A stretch of DNA of 62,123 nt from a virus (Duplodnaviria; Caudoviricetes): positions 1-62,123 of the IMG/VR virus record IMGVR_UViG_3300020190_004289. One strand, given 5' to 3'. The notes beneath the pieces are model-generated. The model searched no databases. It was given only the letters and a program-made list of their open reading frames with translations, and was not told where the DNA came from. Below are positions 1 to 8,972 of the stretch, piece by piece. The position numbers and the translations under genes were made by a program. Positions within the stretch are counted from its first letter, which is position 1, and the number at the start of each line of letters is the position of its first letter.

Positions 1-2
1 CT

Positions 3-668
3 GCTTATTCTCATTTAATTGAAACACTGGGTTTGCCAGAAACAATGTACAATCAATTTATGGAATATGATGCGATGAGACAAAAACACGATTATGTGTT
101 AGACATTTCTGGTAAAAACACAACAAAAGAAAATACAGCTACACACATTGCTGTATTTTCTGCATTTACCGAAGGTATGCAATTGTTTAGTTCATTTATC
201 ATGTTACTTAATTTTCCACGCCACGGTAAAATGAAAGGTATGGGACAAATTGTTACCTGGTCGATTGTAGATGAAACCATGCACACCGAATCTATGATTA
301 AACTATTTAAAACTTATATCAGTGAAAATCCAGAAATATGGAACGATACGCTTAAAGCTCAAATCTATACAATAGCAACAAGAATGGTAGAATTAGAAGA
401 AAAATTTATTGATCTAGCGTTTGAGATGGGAGCAATGGAAGATCTAACAGCAGAGGATGTAAAACAATACATTAGGTACATAGCTGATCGTAGATTAATT
501 TCAATGGGTATGAAAGGTATTTTTAAAGCTAAGAAAAATCCGTTACCTTGGGTAGAAGAAATGATTAATGCACCAACTCATACAAACTTTTTTGAGAATC
601 GGGCTACAGATTACGCTAAAGGTGCATTATCTGGTAATTGGGAAGATGTTTGGGGTAAAGCAGCTTAA
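3..668 (+). CDS. nrdB: Class Ia ribonucleotide reductase beta subunit (5'-truncated by window edge)
   Basis: The frame is open from position 3 (AYSHLIETLG). It has the diiron motifs TEGMQLFSSF and DETMH and the C-terminal NFFENRATDY. Confidence 0.97.
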   Translation, partial: AYSHLIETLGLPETMYNQFMEYDAMRQKHDYVLDISGKNTTKENTATHIAVFSAFTEGMQLFSSFIMLLNFPRHGKMKGMGQIVTWSIVDETMHTESMIKLFKTYISENPEIWNDTLKAQIYTIATRMVELEEKFIDLAFEMGAMEDLTAEDVKQYIRYIADRRLISMGMKGIFKAKKNPLPWVEEMINAPTHTNFFENRATDYAKGALSGNWEDVWGKAA

Positions 669-772
669 TGGAGTAAAAATGCAGAACAAAAAGATTGGTT
701 AGTTCAACAAATGAGCCTCGATTTCACTAAGGAGTTTGTTAGTTAAGGACTACATATTAGGTAGGATGTAAT

Positions 773-997
773 ATGAAGATAGTTCCAGTTAATAACATAA
801 TAATTATTCAAGACTTACTTGATACAAAAGCTAGAAAAGAAAAAGAGTTGTTTTTTTACAGTGAGGAGCTTAAAAAGCTACAAGAAAAAATGAAATGGCT
901 TAGGGCTGAAATAAAACTTACAGAAGAAATTATTATTATGATCGAGCATGAAAAAATTATCAACATTAAAGATATGATTAAAAAAGGAGAAGAATGA
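773..997 (+). CDS. Hypothetical coiled-coil protein
   Basis: 74-aa ORF with an AGGA SD; its stop overlaps the next start (ATGA). Confidence 0.7.
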   Translation: MKIVPVNNIIIIQDLLDTKARKEKELFFYSEELKKLQEKMKWLRAEIKLTEEIIIMIEHEKIINIKDMIKKGEE

Positions 998-1665
998 ATA
1001 CTACTTTGACAGCCACAGAGGCACTTAATACAGCAGTAGCAGGAGTATTAGGACGTATGATGATAGGCGTATTTGCAACAATGGTCGCAGCCGGACTTTT
1101 ATCAGCTTCAGGACTTGTGCCGGTTCTGTTCTCGGGCGTGGTGGGTTGGATTATAGTTTTTTTACCATTAGTAATGAGTCTAGGGTTAATGTGGAAAGGT
1201 GAAAGTTTATCAACAGAAGGAATTAAACTTTGGTACTTTGCGTTTGCAGCAGCAATGGGATTAAGTTTAAGTCTACTATTTTATATTTTTACTTCTGCTT
1301 CCATAGTAATGGCTTTGCTTGGAACTACGGTTAGTTTTGGTGCTCTAGCTGCTTGGGGTTACTTTACTAAACGTGATATTTCAGGCTGGGGTTCTTTTTT
1401 ATTTGCGGGGGTAATTGGATTAATTGCTGCTGGACTTTTAAACATTTGGTTAGAATCTTCTGCTCTACAAATGACGCTAAACGTGCTTACAATCGTCATA
1501 TTCCTTGGTTTAACAGCCTATGACATGAATCGCATTCGGGATATGTTTTGGTCGGCTTCTAGCGCCGAAATTGAAAGGATGCAGTGGTTCGGAGCACTTT
1601 CTCTTTACATTAATTTTATTAATATTTTTGTAAGTATACTTCAATTGTTCGGTAATAAAGAATAA
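994..1665 (+). CDS. Bax inhibitor-1/YccA family membrane protein
   Basis: About 7 hydrophobic segments, with the motifs GYFTKRDISG, GLTAYDMNRI and ALSLYINFINIF. Confidence 0.92.
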   Translation: MNTTLTATEALNTAVAGVLGRMMIGVFATMVAAGLLSASGLVPVLFSGVVGWIIVFLPLVMSLGLMWKGESLSTEGIKLWYFAFAAAMGLSLSLLFYIFTSASIVMALLGTTVSFGALAAWGYFTKRDISGWGSFLFAGVIGLIAAGLLNIWLESSALQMTLNVLTIVIFLGLTAYDMNRIRDMFWSASSAEIERMQWFGALSLYINFINIFVSILQLFGNKE

Positions 1666-2075
1666 TGGCTTACTCAGACAAAGTTATCGATCATTACGAG
1701 AACCCTCGCAATGTAGGTTCTTTTAATAAAAATGATTCTGATGTTGGTACTGGCATGGTTGGAGCACCTGCTTGTGGTGATGTAATGAAGTTACAAATAA
1801 AAGTAAATGAAGATGGAATTATTACTGACGCACGATTTAAAACATATGGGTGTGGTTCGGCGATAGCGTCTAGTTCATTGGTCACGGAGTGGGTCAAGGG
1901 TAAGACGCTTAAAGAAGCAGGAGAGATTAAAAATACTGATATCGCCAACTCGTTATCGCTTCCGCCCGTTAAGATACACTGCTCCATATTGGCAGAGGAT
2001 GCGATTAAGGCTGCTATAGCTGATTATAAGGATAAGTATGTTAAATATAACTCAGAGTGCGCATGCACAAATTAA
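1665..2075 (+). CDS. iscU: Fe-S cluster scaffold IscU
   Basis: [33 protein letters not shown] and the HscA-binding LPPVKIHC. Confidence 0.97.
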   Translation: MAYSDKVIDHYENPRNVGSFNKNDSDVGTGMVGAPACGDVMKLQIKVNEDGIITDARFKTYGCGSAIASSSLVTEWVKGKTLKEAGEIKNTDIANSLSLPPVKIHCSILAEDAIKAAIADYKDKYVKYNSECACTN

Positions 2076-2346
2076 TTCTATCCTTTCTGATGATAATTCA
2101 AAATATGTAAGGGCTTTTGTGAAAGGAGGTGGTTGTAGTGGATTTCAGTATGGTTTTACACTTGAAGATGATAAAAATGAAGATGATTTTGTAATTGAAA
2201 ACTTGTTAGTCGATTCCATGAGCATGCAGTATTTTGATGGTGCTACTATTGATTATAAAACAGATAAGCTTCAAGGCTCTTCTTTTGTAATTTCTAATCC
2301 AAACGCAAAAACTACTTGTGGTTGTGGTTCTTCTTTTGCTACCTAG
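2038..2346 (+). CDS. A-type Fe-S carrier (IscA/ErpA, HesB family)
   Basis: [11 protein letters not shown] and C-terminal [14 protein letters not shown]. Confidence 0.95.
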   Translation: MLNITQSAHAQINSILSDDNSKYVRAFVKGGGCSGFQYGFTLEDDKNEDDFVIENLLVDSMSMQYFDGATIDYKTDKLQGSSFVISNPNAKTTCGCGSSFAT

Positions 2347-2370
2347 ATTCAAGATACAAATGAATAAAAC

Positions 2371-3090
2371 ATGCTTGAGATTATCTATCTTTTAGTGTCT
2401 ACCCACATTACTATAGTGTGTGTAACACTTTATTTACATAGAGGACAGGCACACAGAGGATTTTTATTTCATCCTCTTATAGAGCATTTTATGAGGTTTT
2501 GGCTATGGTTTACAACCGGTATGGTAACAAAGGAGTGGGTAGCTGTTCACAGAAAACATCATAGGTTTTGTGAACAGCCTGGAGACCCTCACTCACCTCA
2601 TATTCACGGAATTTGGAAAGTACTTTTTTCGGGAGCTTTTTTATATGCAGATGCCACCAATGATAAAAAGATGGTTCAGTCTTATGGTATTGGTACTCCA
2701 GATGATTGGATCGAAAGAAATATATACACAAAATACTCGCTACTAGGAGTAATGATTTTACTCATTATTAATACTTTATTATTTCATGGGTGGGGTATAG
2801 TTATTTGGTTAATACAAATGGCCTGGATTCCATTTTGGGCTGCTGGGGTAGTAAATGGTGTAGGTCATTTTGTGGGATATAGAAATCATTCTACAAAAGA
2901 TAAGTCTAAAAATATTATACCTTTTGGGTTTATAATTGGTGGTGAAGAACTTCACAACAATCACCATCAATCTCCAGGTTCTCCAAAACTTAGCAATAAG
3001 TGGTGGGAATTTGATGCTGGATGGATGTGGTATAAATTCTTTAATAAATTTGGATTGATAAAACTTAATAATGAAACAAAAATTTATTGA
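2371..3090 (+). CDS. Membrane fatty-acid (delta-9-type) desaturase
   Basis: His boxes HRGQAH, HRKHH and HNNHH, plus DPHSP and WWEFD. Confidence 0.93.
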   Translation: MLEIIYLLVSTHITIVCVTLYLHRGQAHRGFLFHPLIEHFMRFWLWFTTGMVTKEWVAVHRKHHRFCEQPGDPHSPHIHGIWKVLFSGAFLYADATNDKKMVQSYGIGTPDDWIERNIYTKYSLLGVMILLIINTLLFHGWGIVIWLIQMAWIPFWAAGVVNGVGHFVGYRNHSTKDKSKNIIPFGFIIGGEELHNNHHQSPGSPKLSNKWWEFDAGWMWYKFFNKFGLIKLNNETKIY

Positions 3091-3568
3091 TGCTCATATG
3101 AAAGTAGCTGAAGTATATGCTCAGCTATCTCACGCAGTAAGATTAAAAGTGGGTGCTATTGTTGTAAAAGATAATAGAGTAATAAGTATCGGCTATAATG
3201 GAACTCCTGCTGGTTGGGATAATTGCTGTGAGGAGTATGAGTTTATAATGGAAGGGCCAGATACAGATTATCAAACAATGGTTGACGGGGGTTATACTTT
3301 TGGTGCTGATAGGGATACTGTAGGTTATGTTAAGTCAACTACAAAGCCAGAAGTTATTCACGCTGAGTCCAACGCTATAGCTAAATTAGCCAAGAATCAC
3401 GAATCGGGTGATCAGGCAACAATGTTTATTACACACGCTCCCTGTATCGAATGTGCTAAGTTAATTTTTACGGCAGGTATTAAATCTGTTTTTTATAGAA
3501 ACACTTATAGAGATAAAAGTGGTATAGAGTTTCTTAAAAAATGTAACGTAGAGGTAAACCAAGTATAA
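3071..3568 (+). CDS. cd: dCMP deaminase
   Basis: SIGYNG, HAESNAI and PCIECAK zinc-deaminase motifs. Confidence 0.93.
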   Translation: MKQKFIDAHMKVAEVYAQLSHAVRLKVGAIVVKDNRVISIGYNGTPAGWDNCCEEYEFIMEGPDTDYQTMVDGGYTFGADRDTVGYVKSTTKPEVIHAESNAIAKLAKNHESGDQATMFITHAPCIECAKLIFTAGIKSVFYRNTYRDKSGIEFLKKCNVEVNQV

Positions 3569-3720
3569 TGCAAAAACAGTTTACATGCGCAAGTTGTGAT
3601 GGTGAATTTAAAATTAAACACTCAATGGACGATTCATATTATGAAGTTAACTTCTGTCCTTTCTGTGGAGCTGAGATAGAAGAAGAAGAAGACGATGACG
3701 AAGATGAGTACGACGAATGA
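3568..3720 (+). CDS. Small zinc-ribbon protein with acidic tail (50 aa, not in ORF track)
   Basis: Manual translation gives MQKQFTCASCDGEF...NFCPFCGAEIEEEEDDDEDEYDE; its start is TAATG-coupled to the upstream stop. Confidence 0.8.
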   Translation: MQKQFTCASCDGEFKIKHSMDDSYYEVNFCPFCGAEIEEEEDDDEDEYDE

Positions 3721-4126
3721 AGAATGTTTTTGGACGTTCGCTGGAAATGAAGTAAAAGAAATTCCTGAGGGAGCTTATGGTTTTGTTTATATCATAACAA
3801 ACCTTATCAACGGTAAAAGATACATAGGAAAAAAGTTCTTTTACACATCAAAAAGAAAACAAGTTAATAAAGTTCGTAAGCGCTATAAGGTAGAAAGCGA
3901 TTGGAGAGAGTATTGGAGCTCTTCGGACGAACTTAAGGCTGATATAGAAAAATTAGGAAAAGAAAACTTTTATAGAGAAATCATACATTTCTGTGACTCT
4001 AAAGGTGTTACTAATTATTTAGAGGCTAAAGAACAATTTCAAAGAGCTGTTTTAGAAAATAAGGAACAGTGGTATAATACTTGGATTATGGTCAGGGTCA
4101 GTAGAAGCCACTTAAACAAACTTTAA
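3695..4126 (+). CDS. denA: GIY-YIG nuclease, T4 endonuclease II-like (start may be 3704)
   Basis: YGFVYIITNLINGKRYIGKK and WREYWSSS; short protein with no C-terminal DNA-binding domain. Confidence 0.75.
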   Translation: MTKMSTTNEECFWTFAGNEVKEIPEGAYGFVYIITNLINGKRYIGKKFFYTSKRKQVNKVRKRYKVESDWREYWSSSDELKADIEKLGKENFYREIIHFCDSKGVTNYLEAKEQFQRAVLENKEQWYNTWIMVRVSRSHLNKL

Positions 4127-5001
4127 TGTTTTTTGTTTTTCTTTTATCCTTTTCTGCAATACTGCTTTCAGCAGTAGCTGCCTACTATTCTATAGTGGGT
4201 TTAGTTGCTATCTTTCCTACAGCTGCCTGGCCAATTATAATAATGGGTATCAGTTTAGAATTTTCTAAACTTGTTTGTGCTTCTTGGCTTTATAGAAACT
4301 GGAAAACCTCTGCTCTGTCTATGAAGTATTATTTTATGACAGCAGTTGTTATCCTATCGTTCATAACCTCAATGGGAATCTTTGGTTTCTTATCGAAAGC
4401 TCATTTAGATCAAACTACTATTGGTTCAGATTCTTCTATTGAACTTAAAATAATTGAAGATGAAATACTTGGTGAAAAGAAAAGGATAGAAAATGCTCAA
4501 AGATCTCTTACTGCTCTCGATCGACTGGTTGATCAAAGTGATGTTGACGCCGCTATTAAGATACGCAATTCGCAAGCAGGGGAACGTAAGCGACTGGTTT
4601 CTGAAATTAGTTCTGCGAATACAGCTCTTAAGGATCTCAATACTAAAGCAAGTCCGCTTAGAAAAGAATCAAAACGAATTGCTGCTGAAGTTGGACCTAT
4701 CAAGTATATCGCTGATCTTATCTACAGAGAATCGACTGAAAGCACACTTGAAGCTACTGTTAGAGCGGTAATTATTTTAATAGTTATAGTGTTTGATCCA
4801 CTAGCGATTATTCTTCTTGTTGCAGCTAATAGGGAATATAAATTACTGCCTATAAAAAATACTTTCGAAGAAAAAAGAACTAAAAAAATTATAGAAGATT
4901 ATTCTCGTAATCGAGATAATAAAAAAGTAACTTTAGACAAAAGCAAGATCTATGAAATACCTTCAGACATCTTAGAAAAAGTATTTAAACGTAAAAAGTA
5001 A
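4126..5001 (+). CDS. Membrane protein with central coiled coil, function unknown
   Basis: Three N-terminal hydrophobic helices, a charged coiled coil, and a further TM segment (IVFDPLAI). Confidence 0.75.
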   Translation: MFFVFLLSFSAILLSAVAAYYSIVGLVAIFPTAAWPIIIMGISLEFSKLVCASWLYRNWKTSALSMKYYFMTAVVILSFITSMGIFGFLSKAHLDQTTIGSDSSIELKIIEDEILGEKKRIENAQRSLTALDRLVDQSDVDAAIKIRNSQAGERKRLVSEISSANTALKDLNTKASPLRKESKRIAAEVGPIKYIADLIYRESTESTLEATVRAVIILIVIVFDPLAIILLVAANREYKLLPIKNTFEEKRTKKIIEDYSRNRDNKKVTLDKSKIYEIPSDILEKVFKRKK

Positions 5002-5004
5002 CAG

Positions 5005-5032
5005 TTGATTTTTATTTTTATTTTAGTATAAT
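5005..5032 (+). promoter_or_regulatory. Sigma70-type promoter upstream of RNase H
   Basis: TTGATT-16 nt-TATAAT in the intergenic gap. Confidence 0.6.
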
Positions 5033-5058
5033 CGGGTAGTCTAACTTAAGGAAATAAA

Positions 5059-5943
5059 TTGATCATTGTAGATTACTCTCAGACCATTATTTCAAATTTA
5101 ATGGCTGAGTTAAACGGTCAAAAAGATGTAGACTTAGAAGTAGATCTTCTAAGACACATGGTTATAAATACGATTAGAAGCCACTATACGAAGTTTAAAG
5201 ATGAGTATGGTGAGTTGGTTATTGCCTGCGATAGTAAAAAATATTGGCGTAAAGAATATTTCCCTTATTACAAAGCTAACCGAAAAAAGCTTAGGGAAGA
5301 GTCTGGATATAATTGGAACTTAATTTTTGATACTATTAATTTACTTAAACAAGAACTTAAAGATCACTTTCCATATAAGGTAGTAGAGATTCTCGATGCA
5401 GAAGCAGATGATATTATTGCTTCGCTCTGTAAGTGGTCTCAGGATAACGACTTACAACTTAGGGGTTTAATTTGGGAACCTAAACCAGTTTTAATTATTT
5501 CAGGCGACCACGATTTTCTTCAACTACAAAAGTACGAAAACGTCAGTCAATATTCTCCAATACAAAAAAAGTTTGTTAAGGCAACTAAAAAATCCTCTGA
5601 GATAGTTTTAGAACATATTCTTAAAGGGGACAAAGGCGATGGTATTCCAAACGTACTAACATCAGACGACTCAATTGTAAATGGAATAAGACAAAAACCT
5701 CTGTCATCTAAAAAACTATCTGAGTGGGTTGGTGATCCAATCTCTATGCCTCGGGATGATAATTTTATTAGAAATTTTCAACGAAATAAAACTCTTGTAG
5801 ACTTATCACAAATACCTTCAAACGTTGAAAACGAAATACTAAATACATTTACAAACCTAGAATTAAAAGACAAATCTTTACTTCTGGATTATTTTATTAG
5901 CCATAAAATGAAAAATATGATTGATTTATTAGAGGAATTTTAA
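5059..5943 (+). CDS. rnh: T4-type RNase H (5'-3' exonuclease)
   Basis: YWRKEYFPYYKANR, EADDIIA, SGDHDFLQL and GDKGDGIPN; TTG start with AAGGA SD. Confidence 0.95.
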   Translation: MIIVDYSQTIISNLMAELNGQKDVDLEVDLLRHMVINTIRSHYTKFKDEYGELVIACDSKKYWRKEYFPYYKANRKKLREESGYNWNLIFDTINLLKQELKDHFPYKVVEILDAEADDIIASLCKWSQDNDLQLRGLIWEPKPVLIISGDHDFLQLQKYENVSQYSPIQKKFVKATKKSSEIVLEHILKGDKGDGIPNVLTSDDSIVNGIRQKPLSSKKLSEWVGDPISMPRDDNFIRNFQRNKTLVDLSQIPSNVENEILNTFTNLELKDKSLLLDYFISHKMKNMIDLLEEF

Positions 5944-6453
5944 ATGTCCCAATATCTTGTTTCTGAAGTCTTTAGTATGGTTGAGAAAGCAAAAAGTAAA
6001 GATGAAAAGGTTGCTATTTTAAGAAAGAATAATTTTCTAGCACTTATTGCGCTTTTACAGCTTTGTTATCATCCCGGTAAAAAATTACTACTTCCAGAAG
6101 GTACTCCTCCTTACAAAAAAGAAGAAGACAAACCTATTGGATATCATCAAACGACTCTTACTTTAGAGTTAAAGCGTTTTTATATCTGGATTGATCCTAA
6201 CGTAAATGTTCCTCGCTTAAAAAAAGAAGCCCTTTTTATAGAGATGCTAGAGGGCCTTCACTATACCGAAGCAGATGCACTTTGTGCTGCTAAGGATTCG
6301 AGACTAACGTCAATCTATCCTTCCCTTACAGAAGATCTAATTAGAGAAGCACTCCCTGATATCCTTCCTCCTAAAGTTGAAATAAAGGAGGAACCTAAAC
6401 CAAAAAAGTCTTCTTCCAAAAAGTCAAAAGTTACTACAGAAGCTTCTTTGTAA
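5944..6453 (+). CDS. Conserved T4-like hypothetical protein; candidate -1 frameshift extension to 6569
   Basis: LPEGTPPYK and LFIEMLEGLH, a type commonly found after rnh in T4-like phages. Confidence 0.8.
   Translation: MSQYLVSEVFSMVEKAKSKDEKVAILRKNNFLALIALLQLCYHPGKKLLLPEGTPPYKKEEDKPIGYHQTTLTLELKRFYIWIDPNVNVPRLKKEALFIEMLEGLHYTEADALCAAKDSRLTSIYPSLTEDLIREALPDILPPKVEIKEEPKPKKSSSKKSKVTTEASL
6385..6408 (+). promoter_or_regulatory. Candidate -1 ribosomal frameshift signal
   Basis: Internal SD AAGGAGG (6385-6391), 10 nt, then an in-frame A_AAA_AAG (6402-6408). The -1 frame is open to TGA at 6569. Confidence 0.5.
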
Positions 6454-6548
6454 AAAAAGAAATTATTGTTGATGAATGGAAAGTAAAAGGAGAAGCTTTA
6501 AATAGAATCTCCGATTTTTCTAAAGTAACTTTTACTAATAAGTTACGA

Positions 6549-6577
6549 TTGAAAAAATATACAAAGTGAGTTATGAT
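6549..6577 (+). promoter_or_regulatory. Sigma70-type promoter
   Basis: TTGAAA-17 nt-TATGAT just upstream of ORF 6591. Confidence 0.6.
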
Positions 6578-6590
6578 ATAGTTTTACATA

Positions 6591-6911
6591 ATGGGGCATT
6601 TCGTGGGACTAATTTATACATCTGTAAAATCCAAGTGGTCTAGTAAGAAAAAAGTACATCCTTATTCTAAAGTAAAAAGGGACTTTATTACTTCTGTAGC
6701 TATTCCTCACATCAAGCCTTTTGTTAGAGAAACTTCTAATAGCGATATACCAAGTCATTCATCAAATGGATATGCTTGTGGTGCTAGAAAAGAGGATAAG
6801 GTTTATACTGGTGACAAAATGATTGGAATTGGTACATTGCATAAGTCAAATGCAGTACCTGTTTTTTGTAACGATGAAGCCGTAGCAATGGCTAAGATGA
6901 GAAGAGGTTAG
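6591..6911 (+). CDS. Conserved T4-like hypothetical protein (start may be GTG 6603)
   Basis: C-terminal YTGDKMIGIGTLHKSNAVPVF motif. Confidence 0.75.
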   Translation: MGHFVGLIYTSVKSKWSSKKKVHPYSKVKRDFITSVAIPHIKPFVRETSNSDIPSHSSNGYACGARKEDKVYTGDKMIGIGTLHKSNAVPVFCNDEAVAMAKMRRG

Positions 6912-6914
6912 ATT

Positions 6915-7235
6915 ATGGTAAGAGACGATGTTAGTAAAAAAAGAATTAAAAAAGCTTTGGAAGAGATTAGTGATTCTATGACTCGCACAGAGTCGGATAG
7001 GTGTCTAATTAAAGAGATTGTAAAAGATGTATGTGAAGAATTTCAAATTAATAAAAAGACTTTCCGTAGAATGGCTAAAACATACCACAAAAGAAATTTC
7101 TCTGTGGAAGTTGCTTTAGATCAAGAATTTGAAACTATGTACGAAACTATAACCAACGAAACAACTCTATCTCAATCAAATGAGAGTGGTGTTGAAGAAA
7201 GTAAAGATGGGTCCATTATACATTTTAGAGTATAA
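6915..7235 (+). CDS. dsbA: T4 DsbA-like double-stranded DNA-binding protein
   Basis: EEISDSMTRTE...IKEIV...FRRMAKTYHKRNF pattern; synteny near rnh and gp33. Confidence 0.75.
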   Translation: MVRDDVSKKRIKKALEEISDSMTRTESDRCLIKEIVKDVCEEFQINKKTFRRMAKTYHKRNFSVEVALDQEFETMYETITNETTLSQSNESGVEESKDGSIIHFRV

Positions 7236-7386
7236 AGAACGAGACTCTAGGGGTAGGGAAAAAAACTCCAAGCATGTGGGAGTTTTTAAAACTATTGACG
7301 ACTTGGAAAAAAAGAAGGCTGAGATATTGCATACTTTAACTAAGCAAATATCTTTTCAAGTATACGTTTCGGAAAAGGTATTCTAA
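7180..7386 (+). CDS. Hypothetical protein
   Basis: 68-aa ORF filling the gap; the true start may be the internal ATG (MGPLY). Confidence 0.6.
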   Translation: MRVVLKKVKMGPLYILEYKERDSRGREKNSKHVGVFKTIDDLEKKKAEILHTLTKQISFQVYVSEKVF

Positions 7387-7397
7387 TAAATAAACAT

Positions 7398-7652
7398 ATG
7401 CCACGTTATACATTTTTGAATACTGACACATATAAAGTCGAAGAGCACTATTTTGGAATCACTCACTACGATAGCTTTGTGAGTGACCATCCCCACCTTC
7501 AAAGATATCACGAACCAGGACAAGCAGCAAACTTGGGAGATCCTGTTCGTTTAGGTATCAGAAGAACTGATGACGGTTTTCGTGAAGTTTTATCAAAAAT
7601 CAACGCCAACAATTATAAAAGCAATTTAAAAAACAAATTGTCCAGAAAATGA
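7398..7652 (+). CDS. Conserved T4-like hypothetical protein (FmdB-like N-terminus)
   Basis: MPRYTF...DDGFREVLSKI; an ATAAATA motif lies just upstream. Confidence 0.75.
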   Translation: MPRYTFLNTDTYKVEEHYFGITHYDSFVSDHPHLQRYHEPGQAANLGDPVRLGIRRTDDGFREVLSKINANNYKSNLKNKLSRK

Positions 7653-7678
7653 TTAGAGGCATTTTTTTTACTTTACCC

Positions 7679-7714
7679 AAAAAGACCAATAGCGCTGAGC
7701 TCTGGTCTTTTTTT
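7679..7714 (+). terminator. Rho-independent terminator-like hairpin
   Basis: AAAAAGACCA...TGGTCTTTTTTT. Confidence 0.6.
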
Positions 7715-7733
7715 ATTTCCAAAGAGGGTTTCG

Positions 7734-8498
7734 ATGGCAAGAAGAAAAGCAGTTCAATTAAAAGAGGACCATCCTAATAATAACAATCAACTAACCCACC
7801 TAACAGTAGTAAGTAACAAATTAAGGCTTAAATTAGAAGATTTAAAAACAATAGAACCCCTAACAGAAAATCAAAGGAAATTTTTCGAGCTTTATCAAAA
7901 CACTTCAATTTTACTTCTTCATGGTGTAGCAGGAACAGGCAAAACCTACATAGCTCTTTACAAAGCTATTGAAGAAGTTCTCGAAAAAACTAACAATTTC
8001 AAGCAAGTAGTAATTGTTAGATCAGCAGTCCCGTCAAGGGAGATCGGTCACCTACCTGGTGATGAAAAAGAAAAGACAGAAGTCTACCAACAACCTTACA
8101 TTCAAATATGTGATGATCTTTTTAGCAGAAAAGATGCATATCAAAGACTCCAAGAACAGCATTGTATAAGCTTTATGATTACATCCTTTGTACGAGGAAT
8201 TACACTCGATGATTCTATTATCATTGTGGATGAATGTCAAAACATGACTGATATGGAGCTAAATAGTATTATTACCCGAGTAGGGGATAGATCAAAAATT
8301 ATTTTTTGTGGTGATTTTAGACAGACAGATCTTTACAAAAAAACTGATATGTCTGGTTTAAAAAAGTTTATGGTAATAGCAGATATGATGCCTTCTACAA
8401 AAACTATTGAATTTGATGTAGAAGATATCGTTCGTTCCCAACTTGTTAAAGAGTATATCATTGCTAGAATGAAATACGAAGAGCAATACATTAATTAG
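7734..8498 (+). CDS. phoH: PhoH-family ATPase
   Basis: GVAGTGKT Walker A, IGHLPG, RGITL, DECQN, GDFRQTD and DIVRS. Confidence 0.95.
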   Translation: MARRKAVQLKEDHPNNNNQLTHLTVVSNKLRLKLEDLKTIEPLTENQRKFFELYQNTSILLLHGVAGTGKTYIALYKAIEEVLEKTNNFKQVVIVRSAVPSREIGHLPGDEKEKTEVYQQPYIQICDDLFSRKDAYQRLQEQHCISFMITSFVRGITLDDSIIIVDECQNMTDMELNSIITRVGDRSKIIFCGDFRQTDLYKKTDMSGLKKFMVIADMMPSTKTIEFDVEDIVRSQLVKEYIIARMKYEEQYIN

Positions 8499-8507
8499 GA
8501 GATTTAG

Positions 8508-8972
8508 ATGCAACTTTCAGCAAATTTTACACTGAGTGAGATGGTTAAAAGTGAAACCGCACTTAGGTACGATATGAACAATACACCCGGAGATTCGGAG
8601 ATTGAAAACCTCAAGGTATTGTGTGAGAAGGTTTTGCAACCGGTTAGAGAGCATTATGGAAAAGGTGTAAAAGTTAATTCAGGTTTTAGGCATCCGGAAG
8701 TTAATGCTAAGGTAGGTGGATCAAAAACATCAGACCATTGTAAAGGTCAGGCTGCTGATATTGAAATTCCGGGTGTAGCTAATGCAGACCTAGCAGAGTG
8801 GATTAAAAATAATTTAGATTTTACTCAATTAATTTTAGAATTCTACACTCCAGGTGTGCCCGATTCGGGCTGGGTTCATGTATCATATGACTCAGCAAAC
8901 TTGAAAAAACAAGTTATGACTGCTATGAAAGAAAATGGTAAAACGGTTTATAAACCAGGATTGATAGCATAA
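8508..8972 (+). CDS. Peptidase M15A, putative endolysin
   Basis: SGFR, SDHCKGQAAD and WVHVS zinc-peptidase motifs. Confidence 0.9.
   Translation: MQLSANFTLSEMVKSETALRYDMNNTPGDSEIENLKVLCEKVLQPVREHYGKGVKVNSGFRHPEVNAKVGGSKTSDHCKGQAADIEIPGVANADLAEWIKNNLDFTQLILEFYTPGVPDSGWVHVSYDSANLKKQVMTAMKENGKTVYKPGLIA

Noticed and set aside
669-755. In-frame open stretch after the nrdB stop (possible readthrough)
   Set aside because: NrdB already ends at its normal C-terminus, TAA readthrough is unlikely, and 28 open codons can arise by chance.
3695-4126. GIY-YIG protein as a mobile homing endonuclease or intron ORF
   Set aside because: It is short, has no DNA-binding extension and interrupts no gene; it fits endonuclease II.
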